In this document: positions 25,669-39,260 of the stretch, in pieces
How positions within the stretch are numbered: position 1 is the stretch's first letter
Layout: every line of letters begins with the position of its first letter
DNA from: Tubiluchus corallicola
Taxonomy: Eukaryota > Animalia > Priapulida
DNA: 64,000 nucleotides
NCBI GenBank assembly: GCA_030141605.1
Contig: JAQGDQ010000414.1
Location: 1-64,000, forward strand
Reading direction: 5' to 3'
The notes under the pieces: generated by a model
Databases searched by the model: none
What the model saw: only the letters and a program-made list of their open reading frames with translations
Told to the model about the DNA's origin: nothing
Program-made: the position numbers and the translations under genes

Positions 25669-28600
25669 CTATGTTACAGCTGACGTCGTGACCAGCTTGT
25701 GAATTTCCAAGTTCTTTTTATAACACTCGAAACTGCAAAGTGGCACAGACGTTTTCGAGCATGTGTATTTCTTGCGATTTGAACACCCGCTTATGCCACA
25801 AAGCTGTATCTTTGGTCTGAAAAAAATTATAAAGATGACTACAGAAAATATACATTAGTTTAGGGATTTACATAACACTTAAACAAACGTATATGTGGAA
25901 TGCATGAAGGCAAGAACAAACAAATGATTGAATATAAAAAACACACAAATAGTTTTTAATTCTTGTTGCAAAACCCGGGACTAGCACTTAGAGCAGCCCA
26001 CTTGGCTTCGAGTTCTTTAGGATCCATAGTGTACACTGCACAGTATTGATGGAACTGCCAGACGACAGGTTCACACAACTACTTTACCAATATTGTTTCC
26101 TAGCAGGTTAGCAAAGCATAACTTTTCAGTGAATAATATCTTTGTATTGGCTTCCGTATGAGGAACGACAATAACTTTTTTTGGAATAGAAACCTTATTT
26201 TTAATTGTAATAGATTTTTGCACATACTACAAATCTGCACTCATAGCATCTACAATACCAATATTGCCACATTTACTGTACATACAGTAAGCTACAAATA
26301 AATCATGTGAGGGAATCGAGAAACTGCAATTATTACCCATACGATAAGTACAAAATCTGTGGTACACAAAGATCCCTTGTACTCTAATTTGGCAATTTAC
26401 AGACATGCTAACTAAAAATATTCTCATTTCATATGAAACTAATAATATAAGACATGTTTACAAGCTGCAACACTCGTACAAAATTTGGCAATTTCACTTT
26501 GTTAATCAAAAATTAATCTAGCTGCTTTCAGTCAGTCTAGTATTCCTGCAGCTTCTCGTATTTTCCAACTTAACATTCAGAGATGCAGTCACTGCTCGTA
26601 AATGCTGTATTTCTATGGAACTCCTTACCAAAAAATGCTTCCATGCTTCCCTATTAGTTACAGTCTTGCTTCTAAGCATATTCAAATATTTCCATTTTAC
26701 CCAAATGCACATTACTAAATAAAACATCCATATACACGTCAATTCGTAAAAATATTAGAAACATTAAAATGTCACATTAACTTTAGGACAATATAATGCT
26801 AATTTAAAAAGACACAGTTTATTCTACATACGGATCGGTGTTAGCCACTTGTTGTTTCAGTGGAAATTCTATGCCTGGCGGGAAGCACAAAGTTATGCTA
26901 TTCAGACTGTTTCTGTACGAAATCATTGGAGCATCAGATTTCTTTGAAACTTTCACCTAAAAAGAATATTCAATGTTGTCATAAATATCTACGTACTTTG
27001 ACATACTATTTAGCTGGGGGTGAGAATTCTCTATCAGAAACAGAATTCGAATCGAATTTCTGGCTTTCGAACTCAAATCAAATAAAATTTCGAATTCGAA
27101 TTTAGTTTTAAATATTTTCAAATCACTAATAAAAAGCGATCTTTGATTTTGTTCTGCAATAAAAACAGTAATAAATTGTGCAGAAATCACAGTTAAATTG
27201 TACTGATTACATGAAGTTTCAAATATTTTAATGATAAAGAATGTATGTAGTTGAGATGCTGACTTATTCAAATCTATAATTTTAGGTAATAATCTATAAT
27301 AATCACAGAAATTCTTTAAAGTTTTAAGAAGGAAGGAAGGAAAAAATTATGGAAAACTATTGGAAATGCAGCTTTGTGTTTGTGCATTACACATTAAGAA
27401 CTGAAATAATAGATTAAAATGCAATGACCAGTAATATTCACTTTGCAAACTAAAAAATTTATTTTTGCATCTATGAAAACTTTACAGGTGACAAGACAAC
27501 ATGGCTTACCTTTCCACCTTTTTGTCGGCCATCTTGTTTTTTCAGTAATCGGTCAATTGTCTGTTTCTGAAAATGAAAATGCTTTAATCAGATAATGATC
27601 CCATATAATCAGTAACAGTAGAGTATTAAAGGAAAGAACAAGATACTCCGCATGTTGAGTTTATTTTACCGTTATCCCTTAAACATAGAAAAATATAACA
27701 AAGAAATTGCAAAAGAATTGTCTATAAACCAGTACAGTTAATTCATACTACCGTTGAAAATTATACCATAACTGGTAGACTTCGCGGCTTTGTTAATAGC
27801 AATGTGGCTTTCCCTAAGTGTACGCTGTTTAAACTAATTCAAACTTCTAAAACCCACATAATTTTCATGCAATAGCACATATCTGATTTTTTGTAAAAAC
27901 TTGTTATACTCTTGATGGAAATTGTCAGTGCACTGTTTTCTTCAGTCAATGAACAAAGACATTGGCGGAAGACTGGGCATTCAAAATGGGAGTGGCCAAG
28001 AGGTGAAATGATCGCGACTTTAAAGTAATTTTGCTAATTGCACAAAGCACTTATCACACTTCTATTACTAAATCCTTCTAACATTTTTTGCAAAAACTGA
28101 AATAAGCCTAACTACCCAAAAGACTTGACCTTTTACTTCTATTACTTCTATTAGACATTAGGGCTAATACTTCTATTAGACATTAATTCTATTTCCAAAT
28201 TAACATATTATTTTTTGTGGGATTTGCCCCATGAAAGATCAAAATCACTCGGGCTAGGAATTACAAATTAAATGAATTTTTCTTAAAAACAAGTTGAAAA
28301 ATCAAGAGCCTTAGCAAGTATCACTTCGTACATTTCATAAAGATGAAGAGAAGAAGGAAAACAAGCTTCTGACAAAGAACTTAAAAATAATTTGTTCAAT
28401 TTCCGAAAAAATATTCTATTCAACCTGCATAAAAATGAACTGAACTTCAAGAATAAAAAGTTAAACTTCATAGAAATATCTAAGACAGTTTCACAACTTT
28501 TTCGGGAGTTTTTGTAATGAAATCAAACAATGTGGTGTTACTGTGTATGAAAAGAAGATTTAGCATTGCACGAAATCAAAGGGCAATCAAATACTAAGCG

Positions 28601-31600
28601 TTCGGATGTTTGTATATCTGTAAGACACAGTAAATACCATCGGTTAAACCAACTGCATATCAGAAGGAGTTACTACCTCTGCCACATAAAATTTTGAGCG
28701 CAAGGAATTCTAAGCTTCTGCTTATCTATCAGTTGGCAGACGCAGGGCTGTGAGAGTAGGAGTAGAATTTTTTATATTACTGCCGTTAAATAAGCCTCTG
28801 TTTACAAAGCAGTATTAAATAACTACTAAAAGTTAAATGCTATCGATTGCTATTGACACACAAGAGGTGAAAAAATTGAAATCATACTTTGTCTTTTTCT
28901 TTCTTCTCGTCAGCCATTTGTTTCCTCCTCCGTGCTCTTTGTGCTCGCTTCTCCAGCTGGTCTTGAGTCATTTCCCCATATTTGATTTCTGTAAAAATAT
29001 AACACATCAGTTTGGAAGCATGGCTGCCCATTCTATGCCTGACTGATTTCAACATGCTTATTGAGCCTAGGCAATCGACTGTAAAACAGTCGTCGTCAAT
29101 ACTCAGTACTATAAATACAAATCACATTTTGCAATTTTGAAATCACCTTTTGCACTTTTAAAATTCTTCACACACTTGAAGTAAAAAATTGCGTAGTTCA
29201 GTTCCTTTCTTGAAGTCACGTGTAGGTAGTAACATTCGCGTCTCTTTCTGTGTCTTCGCGTGTTCAGTTAAACCTGCCTCTTTTATTATTGTATGTAGAT
29301 ATTTTATTGTTTCATTTAGTTAATTTTTACTGTATGTATGAATAGTTTAATTAATAAATAAAAACAGAACAATGTTCCTTATGGAACAGGCTGGAAAAGT
29401 GGGTTAATCTTTTGTCCTGACATACTCTTGTTTCTTGAGGAAGTGTGTAAAATGATCAATAGCAAAGATAAATTCGTAGTGCCATTCATTCTGTAACTCA
29501 ATTTCCAGCCAACTTCTGCCAAAGTTAGCTGCACAGAAATCACATTGAGAACAATTTTGACTGCAAAAGTCCTAAACTAGCAAGGGCGCCATTTTTTTAA
29601 CCGAAATTCTCAAAAAACGATAGGGCTAAAAAAGCTTCCATTAGATACTGCGGTGAAGGCAGATTTCACGGTGGTTTTAGAAGAAAAATATATATTTTGC
29701 CCTCTTAATGCTACTTTGAATTTTCATGTTATTTCCAAGGTAAAACTATTTGTACCATTACTCTTGGTAATTAACACTTCTTCCAAGTCTCTCTCATTTG
29801 CTTCCTTCCGCTTCTGTAATAGTGACCTCTAGAAAAAAAGGGTAACAATAATGTATTCCAAAAATAGAGAATCTTTAGTGAACAATTTTTGCTTGATTGT
29901 TATAATACAATTATAGTTAGGAGTGTTCAAGGTGCGGGACGGGATTGGGTTAGGATATTCGTACCACGACCTCGTTTCCGAACACTCCTAATAATAATTA
30001 TAGTTATGCAGTAATGTATAGTAGAATACCAAAATTACAACATCTCTTATGACAACTATGTGGCCGACATGACTGGATAGAGCACAAGATTATTTTAGTG
30101 TTGCAATGCCAATAACTCGGGGGGGGGGGAGTAAACCCCTACCGGGCGCATCCCCCGGGTGGCGGATGGGGGACCCCTGGCTCACGAGCCAGGGTGTTCC
30201 GAATATTCAAATAAGGAGCTGTGGACCAAATCCTTCAGGATAGACCTAGCAAGTCACTGAAGTACTTTTTGCTCAAGTAACTCATGGCGAACACAACTGA
30301 CTGGTGGATGTGGAGGAGGAGAAGACGTATGAAGACAGAGACACCTGGAGAGACGTTATCAAGTGTTCGCCGGCTGACAGATGAAAATCTACCAGGAGGA
30401 TGGTGAGAAAGAAATGCCAAATGTTATCAGGCCAAAGCATGAGACATCATGTAAATAAATATATAAAAATAAATATTGTTATTATTATAGTGTAAGTAAT
30501 GCATACTCTTCTTTTACGCTATACTCACTTTAAATAAATATACTCAGATGCACAACTGCTTACCTTCACTCTGTGCTCACTAAAGAAATGTACTGTAACT
30601 GGTAAATGACTAAGTTTATACATTCTAACATAAAAAGAAATACATAAACACAGATGCAGATTATGTGTACGTTCATTGAGAATAAGCGAAAATATAAATA
30701 TAAAGATCCAATTTGTGAAAAACTTTCTTCGATCACGCTTTTAAAAACATGCACATTCCAAAGTTCTTGTAGATCGAGTCAATGTAGTAAATACAATTTT
30801 CACAATTATCTTGAACCTATTAAACTGTTTAAATGAACACTAACCTGCCGAGCTGTCATCAAATTCGGATCTTTTGTTCTCTTCAATTCCCCATAATCAT
30901 CAAGCTCTCCAGCCTCAAGTGCATCTAACCATTTTTCCTCTTCATCACTCTGTGTCATTTCCACAATTTCTTCTACATCGACATCGATCTCATTATTATC
31001 AGGCTCTGCAAAGTTGTTAAGAAAAGTCGTAAATGCAAGAACCGCTAGCTAATTTACCTGGAAAAACTAAATGGCTTCACTAAACTGTATACATAGAAGA
31101 AAAATCTTGTGATTCTCTCACTAGCAATATGAATTGCATCATGTCCTTTTTTACCTCATTCTTAAATATTTCTTTACTAGATCCCATTATTTTAAATAGC
31201 AGTTATTTTAATAATAATAATAATTTTTTGCCTCAAATCCATAAAATCCTCTGGGGCTTTACAGTCAAAAATAGATAAAAAGATAAAAAAGATAAAATAG
31301 ATAAAAATACATCATAATGGAATTAAAAATTATACACTACAAAAAAGGTAAAGAAGCATAGTTAAATAATACACATAATACAATTCTACAAATAAAATGA
31401 AATGGAAATCCAAAAAAATGTTACAATTCCAAATATTATCATGCCAAAACTATTTCTACGTAAATAAAGATACTAACAGAGTCTTAAGTAGTGCTATTGT
31501 CGTATTATTCTTAAGCTGGCTTGGCATCGCTAGATGAAGAGGATAAGGGATAGTTGTGAAATGTGAGAAAGACTACTCCAGCTATGCAACCAGCCTTGCG

Positions 31601-33405
31601 CAGTTTATAAACAACCTCAGTTAGGGTGTTTTTTAAGGTGCTTGGTGACAATGGACGGCTTTAAAGATATTGTCAGAAGCACACTTTCAAAATCTTCACA
31701 TTGTACTTCTTCCTAAAGTTTTAACGCCAGTGACAGAGGTGAAAGAAACACGACAAGAATTCAACAGTTCTTTTGAAATTGACATTAGTCAGATTACGTT
31801 AGTAATAAATATTGTTTTTGGTGACTCACTTGAAAAACAATAGTCCTCAAATGTACATTTTAATATGATTGTTTAGACAATAACTGTACATATGACAAAC
31901 ATTAATTATTGCAAAGAAGAACTACCTGAGAGTCTAATTTTCAAAAACCCAATTATATATATATACTAATGAAATTACCAATGCAAGCATTTTTGATATC
32001 ACAAACAATAATTTTATAAGCAAATAAATGGATTTTATTTTACCCAGCCATTCAATGTCAACAGTGTCATTCGTTTCATCAACCACAAGATCCTGTGTTA
32101 CAGCAGAATGTTTAACTGAAATAGTATCCATTGACACACTGAAAGTTTACAAAATGTAATTATATTTATGAATCACTCTTATTAACTATATTTTTATTTC
32201 ATTTACTCAAGTGCTTATTTTCATACAAAAAAAAACAGAATAGAGTAAAGTACAAATATTGAAAAATAGAAAATTCCATTATCAAAACAGTATGTTAATT
32301 TCAAAGTGTTCTTTAATGTGTATTTTGTTGCATGAAAATTTTCTCAACAGAATACCTGATCTAATGTAGAACAGAAAAAATCCAAAATAGCTGTATTACC
32401 AAATTGATCATCTACTAATTAATAGCAAAGATGGTTGTACTTGGTGCACTATATAAGATGTGTTTAATAATATTTATTATTTATGTAAGTGGAACTATAA
32501 CTTCCTAAAACTAGTGTTCCTATTGTATCTCACAAATTTTCTAAACCATCTCTATTTGTTGCATTAAAGGAAAACAGGATAATTTTTCATATTTTACCCC
32601 ATTTTGAAGTATGGTAAAAAACACACATTTCAACACCAATAATACTATAAAAGCATTTCTGATAATTAAATAATAGATAAAAATCTTAGATAACGGTGGG
32701 GTATCCCAACTATTGATGACATCACAAATGAATGTAATCTTCAACAGCAAAAATATTCCACGAGCATGTTGCAAAAGCGAAAATTGAAGTACATTGCTAC
32801 TGTAAGAGATACAGACAAACGAACACCTCTAAATTCAGAGGCACAGCACCTGTTTTTTGGGCAATGCGTTTCTGAAATGCAGGTGCTATTGCCCATCTAA
32901 CTAATGAATGGTAAAACGCATATGATAGCGAAGAACTAGCGCACGAATGCAAAATTACATTTGAGTGATAATAATTCTTTTACGTAAGTCACTCTTGGAA
33001 AAATAATATGGCCCTTTTCAATATTTCAAAGAGTAGATTGTTTTGACCTGCAGTTTAAGATTGGGTTTTCCTCTAAATTAACACTGGTTTAGTTTTATGA
33101 AAGATATGTTATAAATGGGCATCTGCACAGTTATAATACAAGTGCTGTATGGCTGGAGCTTCTTATTTCTAGACCACTTTTATGATGGCATAAGGGATAA
33201 TAGAATCAGTTAGATATACATACCTCTTTTCTCCCAGAGTGCGACCTCCTATTTTAAATTTGAGTTTAAGAGCAGGTTTGTTAGCAGAGGCAATTTCTGG
33301 TGAATCAGCATCTTCCTCTTTCTCTTTTCTTTTCTTATGCTTTTTATGCTTATGTCTCCTCTTTAATTTCCGTTGACCATTGGGCGATTCTGTCTCCATA
33401 GACAT
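25669..33405 (-). CDS. INO80B: INO80 complex subunit B (PAPA-1 / zf-HIT)
   Basis: Minus-strand exons: 33405-33224 (HKHKKHKK...PALKLKFKIGG), 32138-32044, 31005-30845 (EEEKWLDALEAGELDDYGEL...MTARQ), 29828-29762 (or 29756), 28988-28888, 27566-27510 (KQTIDRLLKKQ), 26956-26832 and 25816-25669 (CGISGCSNRKKYTCSKTSVPLCSFECYKKN, zf-HIT). Phases are consistent. The start may lie in an upstream exon (acceptor at 33408-33409). Confidence 0.93.
27014..27287 (+). mobile_element. Left part of a hAT-like MITE (GGGGTGAG... terminus, TTCGAA subterminal repeats)
   Basis: Its internal sequence overlaps that of 38395-38571, which carries the complementary end ...CTCACCCCTA. Confidence 0.55.
27626..28132 (+). mobile_element. 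Dispersed repeat family A, copy 2 (Kolobok-like)
   Basis: Begins TTAAAGGAAAG and is similar to 15560-15919. Confidence 0.55.
29918..29990. mobile_element. 73-bp mini-MITE with perfect 11-bp TIRs
   Basis: TAGGAGTGTTC ... GAACACTCCTA. Confidence 0.6.
30113..30412 (+). mobile_element. Short bipartite RTE-derived non-autonomous retroelement with 8-bp TSD
   Basis: TSD AATGCCAA at 30105-30112 and 30413-30420. GC-rich structured 5' part resembling RTE 5'UTRs, a 3' part encoding EDRDTWRDVIKCSPADR* (RTE ORF C-terminus-like), and a purine-rich tail. Confidence 0.65.
31205..31800 (-). pseudogene. Degenerate L2/CR1-like LINE 3' fragment
   Basis: Minus-strand remnant NVKILKVCF*...VYKLRKAG resembles the KxLGV.FD/LRKL region, followed by a T-rich UTR and a (TTA)n tail at ~31208-31223. 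Confidence 0.4.
32564..33020 (+). mobile_element. Dispersed repeat family B, copy 2
   Basis: Begins TTAAAGGAAAACAGG and ends ...GGCCCTTTTCAA. Homologous to the 19290 and 61160 copies. Confidence 0.7.
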
Positions 33406-34289
33406 ATCTACATACAGATATAAAAAATCATTTTACCTTTAGAGCATAAAATGATAATCTGAAACATATGATAGCAATGGGACAATAATGATGAAGCTAT
33501 CATTTTCATACTAAAGTGGATTGCTATGCTTTTAGAAGTATGAGAGAACTTATTTAGCTTATAATTTGGTGTTTTGCTCACATAATATTATATGACATTT
33601 TGCTGAATAACAAGCTGTTAGTAAAAGAATTTTGATAAACCTTACAGAACTGAAAATAAAATACCACAACTTAAAAAACTTAGTACTCAGTCATCTGACT
33701 AAACACAGGCCTATTCTTTTAGCTCTGTCTAAATGACTTGACAACCTACAAAGCAGTAATTCCCAATATTCACAACAGACAATGTGACTTTCTCGCACTT
33801 TCTTAATTCTTATAAACAATACTGTGCAAAAGCTAAACTTGTGTATCACAATGAGTGGCATACATATGTGTTGCTTTGACAAATGTATAGTATGTTTGAT
33901 CAGATACTGAAAAAATGCCAATTATTCTACCAACATAATAGCGCAGTAACACTATTGTTACTAATACTAACATGTTATTTACTGTACGTATCTGACTGAC
34001 ACAATTCAGCACACATTGCATGCTGACATAACTTGGATTAGGAATAGCAACAGATTTACTGCCAGCACTAAAAAATAAGCAGTAAATTTTAGTGGTTGCA
34101 GTTGTACTGCCAAATACCAGTAACCAGTCAAAGTTGTTACCGGCATATCTCACCAGGACCTTATCTGGTAACTGGCTATAAAAGCCTCTGTTACCAGCTT
34201 GTTACTGTTCCAACAGTGATGCTGCAATAATAAGATGCTCTGTACTTCTTGCTCCACAATCATATTTTAATGAATGGTCCTGCCAGCCT

Positions 34290-34815
34290 TGAAAAAGAAC
34301 ATTGGTCCTAACAGAGATCCTTGCGGTATACTGCTTATAGCTTCATGCCACTCTGTAGACTAGCCATTTACCATCAGACTTTCTTCCTGTAAGGCCATTC
34401 TTGGGCCTTTCCTTCTATTCCATACAGGGACAATTTTTGGTTTAGTCTACGAGAGGTACTTTATCAGCTGTTTTCTTGAAATCACAGTAGACAACATCCA
34501 TGCAACCATTTCTGTCTATAATTTCCATCCCTTCATCTATGACCTTTAGAAGTTGTAGTACTGTGAACCTTTACCCTAAGAAATCAAACTGCCATGTGCT
34601 GAACAAATTAGGCATCTGGATATGCTCTACAACAGGATCTCGCATCACTTTTTCCATAAGTTTGCATTCAACACATGTTAAACTCACAGGTCTGTAAATT
34701 ACTACAAAATGTATTATTTAACTTTGTAAGTGAATGGGTTGCTTGTAACTTCGATTAGTTTCTTTAGCAAATGAGAATGGATTTCATCAGAGACTGGTGA
34801 CTTTGATGAGTTTAT
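34290..34815 (-). pseudogene. CR1-type LINE reverse transcriptase fragment
   Basis: Minus-strand remnants KSPVSDEIH, RPVSLTCVECKLMEKV, MDVVYCDFKKTADKVP and SSIPQGSLLGP, with stops and frameshifts. Confidence 0.85.
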
Positions 34816-36374
34816 CAGCTTCAAATATTTTGTAACAAAACTTCTGTAATAACTCACCTTTGTAGCTAATTATTTGGCTATTTTTGATACTTTAATTTTG
34901 GTGACAATTGTGTAAGGAACCCAGTACTGGATTATATCATACACTCAGTCTCTAAGCAAACTTTTTTGTGGCGCTTGTACTTTAACTATAAAGATTGTAA
35001 TGATTTGCTATGTTATATACATAATATACACATACGTAGAGCAAAAACTAGGCATCTATAACTAAGGGTACAAGTACCATGCTGTAGAAACACTCAGTGT
35101 TTGCAGACATGTTTCTTGTGAATCCAATCTATATTTCATTCTTCAATGGCATTAACATACATGTCTAGTAGTAATGAATTTGTAGGATGTCAAAACTCAG
35201 TAAGTCATCTGGTCGTTCTTCCGTAAGGACTGCAGAGAAGAAGTTAACCAAAAGATTAGGTTTTTGTGATCCGTTCGAGTTGAATCTTCTGTTGCCCATG
35301 ATATGACTTTACTTTAACCAACTACATGGGATTTTCATGCTGTCTAAGAGCATAAAAATACATAAGAGATGTGAGATTCATCATCATAACAATAATTTAG
35401 TGGCACTCTATTAGAATCCATGTCCAGTCGATTTTCGCTGAGCGATCACCTATTTGATATGCTTGCTTGGCGCATTATGAAGATCCACGCTACTCTCACG
35501 ATTGCTCATCAATACTTTGTGTATAGAATTCTGGGAAAATACACATTGTTATTTAGTTAATAATTGAGATAATGCTGAACATGACTTTGTTCAGTTGAAA
35601 CGTTAGTTCGTCTGACTGAATAAATAAATTGTTGGCTTATAAGACCAAAAATTACTCGATACATATAATTATTTTAACTAAATTTACTTGTTATGTGCAC
35701 GTTCAGTTCACCCCTCGACTAAAATTTAATATAAACATCCTGCTGTGCCAGACAATGTGCGAGGCTCAAAAAAAAAATTGTCTGGGAGTATAACATTGAA
35801 AATCAGGTATGAAGAGTTTAAAAATACATACAAAAACGTTATTAATATGACGGTTGTGAAAATTAAAATCTGACTTGATATCTGACTTAAGGTAGCTTAT
35901 TTTCTGCTTCCAAAAATACACAAAAATCTTACTGAATGGATATACCTGTAGTACATAACTTGTGAGACTAATAAGCAAGCTAGCAAGTTTTTTTTCTTTT
36001 TTTCTCCTCATCTCCTAAGTAATTGTTGCTCTTTCTAATACTTACTTTTTCTCATAAATTTTTCTATATTACACTTTTTGTGATGCTTATTTTTTCTTTC
36101 CATACTCAGTTTTTAACTTTACTCACTAACCTTGGTCAAATTTCCATGTTAATAAGACCTTATTTGAAACTACTACATATAATAATCCTAATTACTGAAT
36201 CATTGTATTGTTTTGTTTAGATTTAGGTATCTAACTTCATTATTTTTTGTTTTCAGTTCTTTTTTGATAATTTGTATCATTTATACTGTTTTTATTATTA
36301 TTTTTTCTTATTTATTTTTGTTTTTGTTATCTGCAGCATCACCGTTAAATTTTCATATACTAATCTATTTAAAA

Positions 36375-36511
36375 GAAAGGGCAGGAGACTAGATGACCCT
36401 ACGGTGCTTCCCTGCCCTGCTCCATGATTATAATTACTTAATATTTAAAAAACCTTTGATGTTAAACTAATTGGAGAAAATAAATGTTCTATGTCTATGT
36501 CTATGTCTATG
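36375..36511 (+). mobile_element. L2/CR1-like LINE 3' terminus
   Basis: Stem-loop GGGCAGG...CCTGCCC, AATAAA and a (CTATGT)n tail at ~36490-36511. Confidence 0.55.
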
Positions 36512-38149
36512 ACTGCGATGCACTTAGTTATTAATAATAATGTGGATGATAATCAAGATGGCTAATAATTGTTGTTATGAAAAATTACTTAGTTTATTTC
36601 AACGAAAATCAACGTAAACTTACAACGAAAAAATACTTTACACTAGTACTAGTAGAAGTAGCAATTTAATTATTTATTCAGTTTAAAATACATTTTATAC
36701 GATCGTATGCAACAAAAACTTGGGTCAAATATCAATTTTTCGTTTTTGTATAAAAATAAATGCTAAATTTATTAGACTTTTATATTCTATTATTCCATTA
36801 ACTTATTTCACAACTGGTGAAACTCAGGCGCTGATCAATCATCGTATCGTAAGAGCAGCGCGGTTCGTCATAATCGCCATTGAAATAGGCAGTCGCTCGG
36901 CGAAAATTGAGCGACACATGGATTCTAATAGAGTGTCCATTTAGGTAGCAAAAGTTGTAACTTAAAAAACTAAGAGTTAGACTCAGATAGACAAACAATT
37001 AGTTATACAAAGGTGAACAAACCAAGCATCATATCTTCTTCTGCAGAGAGTGACATTACTGAAATTTCTATCGAAAGCAGGATAACTTTCTTTAAGAAAA
37101 ACGTAAATGAATGAATAAAGAAACACGTATATAAACACCGCTTTTCAGTTTTTTCATTAAAGGAAAACAAAAACTTAATTTGACTTTTTAATTTTTATGC
37201 TTTGTAGGCTGCCATGACAGCCGGTGGCATCAGCGTCATCTAGCGAAAATTAACTTTGGGTATTTTAACTAAGCCATAGTTCACAAAAAAGAATATTATT
37301 GCCTTTGGATTTGTAAAATGTTAATGACTAAACGTAAATTTACAAACATTCTGAGATTCTAAGTCATGATTAAAGTCATTTGCCTGTTCAGTCCGAGTTT
37401 CATGTAACATGTAAGTGCCCTTTATCGACAGCTGTTTTGATTTGAATGATCTTTCCATCAACTTTGATAGTTTGCTATCAGTTTTTAACCACAACAACAT
37501 TAGTTCTAACATTGATGCAACAGCTAAAATTCTTCATTTATATCTGTAGCTGTGATATATTATGATGTATTTGTAATCACACATTGTAAATTGCCAATTG
37601 ATGAATTAATTATGACCACACATACCCTATCTTAATTTGACCAATGTAATTGTATTGAGTATAATGTGTCTGAGACATATGAATTCTGTAATTGTTAACA
37701 AAAATTATATTGGTCAATAAATACAATTCAGTTCAAATTCAAAGGATATGCTGGTTACTCCTAGATGTATAGCAGCTACTCACAAATCGCTGTGGGTTTC
37801 TTTTCCAGAAAATGACTTTTCTGAAAATTACAATCTTATCAGATTCAAGAAAAATATTAACACGTACCTTCTATCAATAGCAAATTAGTAGTTTGGTAAT
37901 TTCTGTTTCTCTGAACGTATCACACATCTTCACGTTTTTATTGCACAGGGCATATTGCAATCTTTTGTGGTACAAAAACAGATGACATAATTGTACAGAG
38001 CAATAATCTATTAGATAAAAGTACTTCTAAATTAATAAGAATCTATCATGCGCACTATATTTAGTGTGGAAGCCTAGGGCACACTACACAACTCGGAATC
38101 TTCAGAAGTGTAGTGTGAAGAAAGACTCGAAGATATAGAATTGAACTCA

Positions 38150-39260
38150 AAATCCTTCAGCACATGTTATGGGAGTCTTACATGGTTGTAAGTTGTGGAA
38201 CCCCAAATGGCTATGAAAGTCCAAGAGGCAGCTGTCACACAGGAGGACCTGAGGAGGTTGGGAGGAGGTAAGGGAGGAGAAGTCTAGGTTTCTCCTTTGG
38301 CAACTAGTCTCTCTCATAGTGGAAATTTTCCTCCATAATGGCAGTCCATGATTGCCCTGAGCCACTGAAGTGGTCTTGCAAAGATCATGCATATCATCTG
38401 ATTTTAATCTGCAATAAAACCACTATTAGATTTATACTGTTTCAAATATTTTAATTACAAGGAACGTATGTGGTTGAAATGCTGAATTATTCGAATCTAT
38501 AATTTTAGGTTTGAATGAGATTTGAACTAAAAAAAAACCATTCAAACTCGAACGTTCGATGCTCACCCCTATTTGCAGATTGTAGTCAAACCACTGCGTG
38601 TGTGGTTACATTGTCATCAGTATACTAAAACGCACTAATTCTAGTCACTGTATAAACTGTATGGCTGGATGACTAGAGTACAGACTGAAAGTGTTGAAAA
38701 GTCAACCATCCATAATGTAACAAATTTTGATGCCAATGATGCTAAGCACAACTCACAAATCCAGAGGTAATCTTATCAAATCTTTGATAAGATCTCCTCA
38801 GCAGGAACCATCAAATATACATCCAGTTTAGATCCTTTATGTCCAGTTCATCAAAGACAATGTCTTGCCATGGAGCACTTGATATTGGGAAATCAGCACT
38901 GATCAAGACTTCCACATCAGTGATACAATCCTGTCACGCAATCTTCAGCACTCTGTTGAAAATGCTCCAGCTTTTCAGGCCATGGCGATTGATCACCTAG
39001 CTCTTGAGCAATCGCGTAACGTGAGGCTCTAAAGATTATGATATTTGGTTGTGTGGTGGGGTCGTTGTTCAGAAAGACCTGCACAGACAGTTTTCCAGAG
39101 GCAGCATGAGCTGCCTGGATCCGATTTGTACGAACATGTTACCTACAATGTTGAGAAGTGAGATCCCACACTCATGGCAATTGCTGTAGAGTGCAGATGA
39201 AGTGCTTTCTTAAAATGGTAATCATGGTTACATCTTTCAGGTTGCAATGCAGGAACAATT
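38150..39260 (-). pseudogene. Degenerate RTE(BovB)-like LINE fragments
   Basis: Minus strand LKDVTMITILRK...GISLLNIVGNMF (RT start) near 39130-39240, and a C-terminal CDSCLLDFHSHLGFHN zinc-finger-like remnant near 38180-38245. Interrupted by a MITE piece. Confidence 0.55.
38395..38571 (+). mobile_element. Right part of the hAT-like MITE family seen at 27014
   Basis: Shares GTTTCAAATATTTTAAT...AATCTATAATTTTAGGT with 27215-27287 and ends TTCGATGCTCACCCCTA. Confidence 0.55.

Noticed and set aside
30121-30220. HDV-like ribozyme at the 5' end of the RTE-derived element
   Set aside because: A P4-like hairpin and CGAAU are present, but no P2 pairing or nested pseudoknot could be built.
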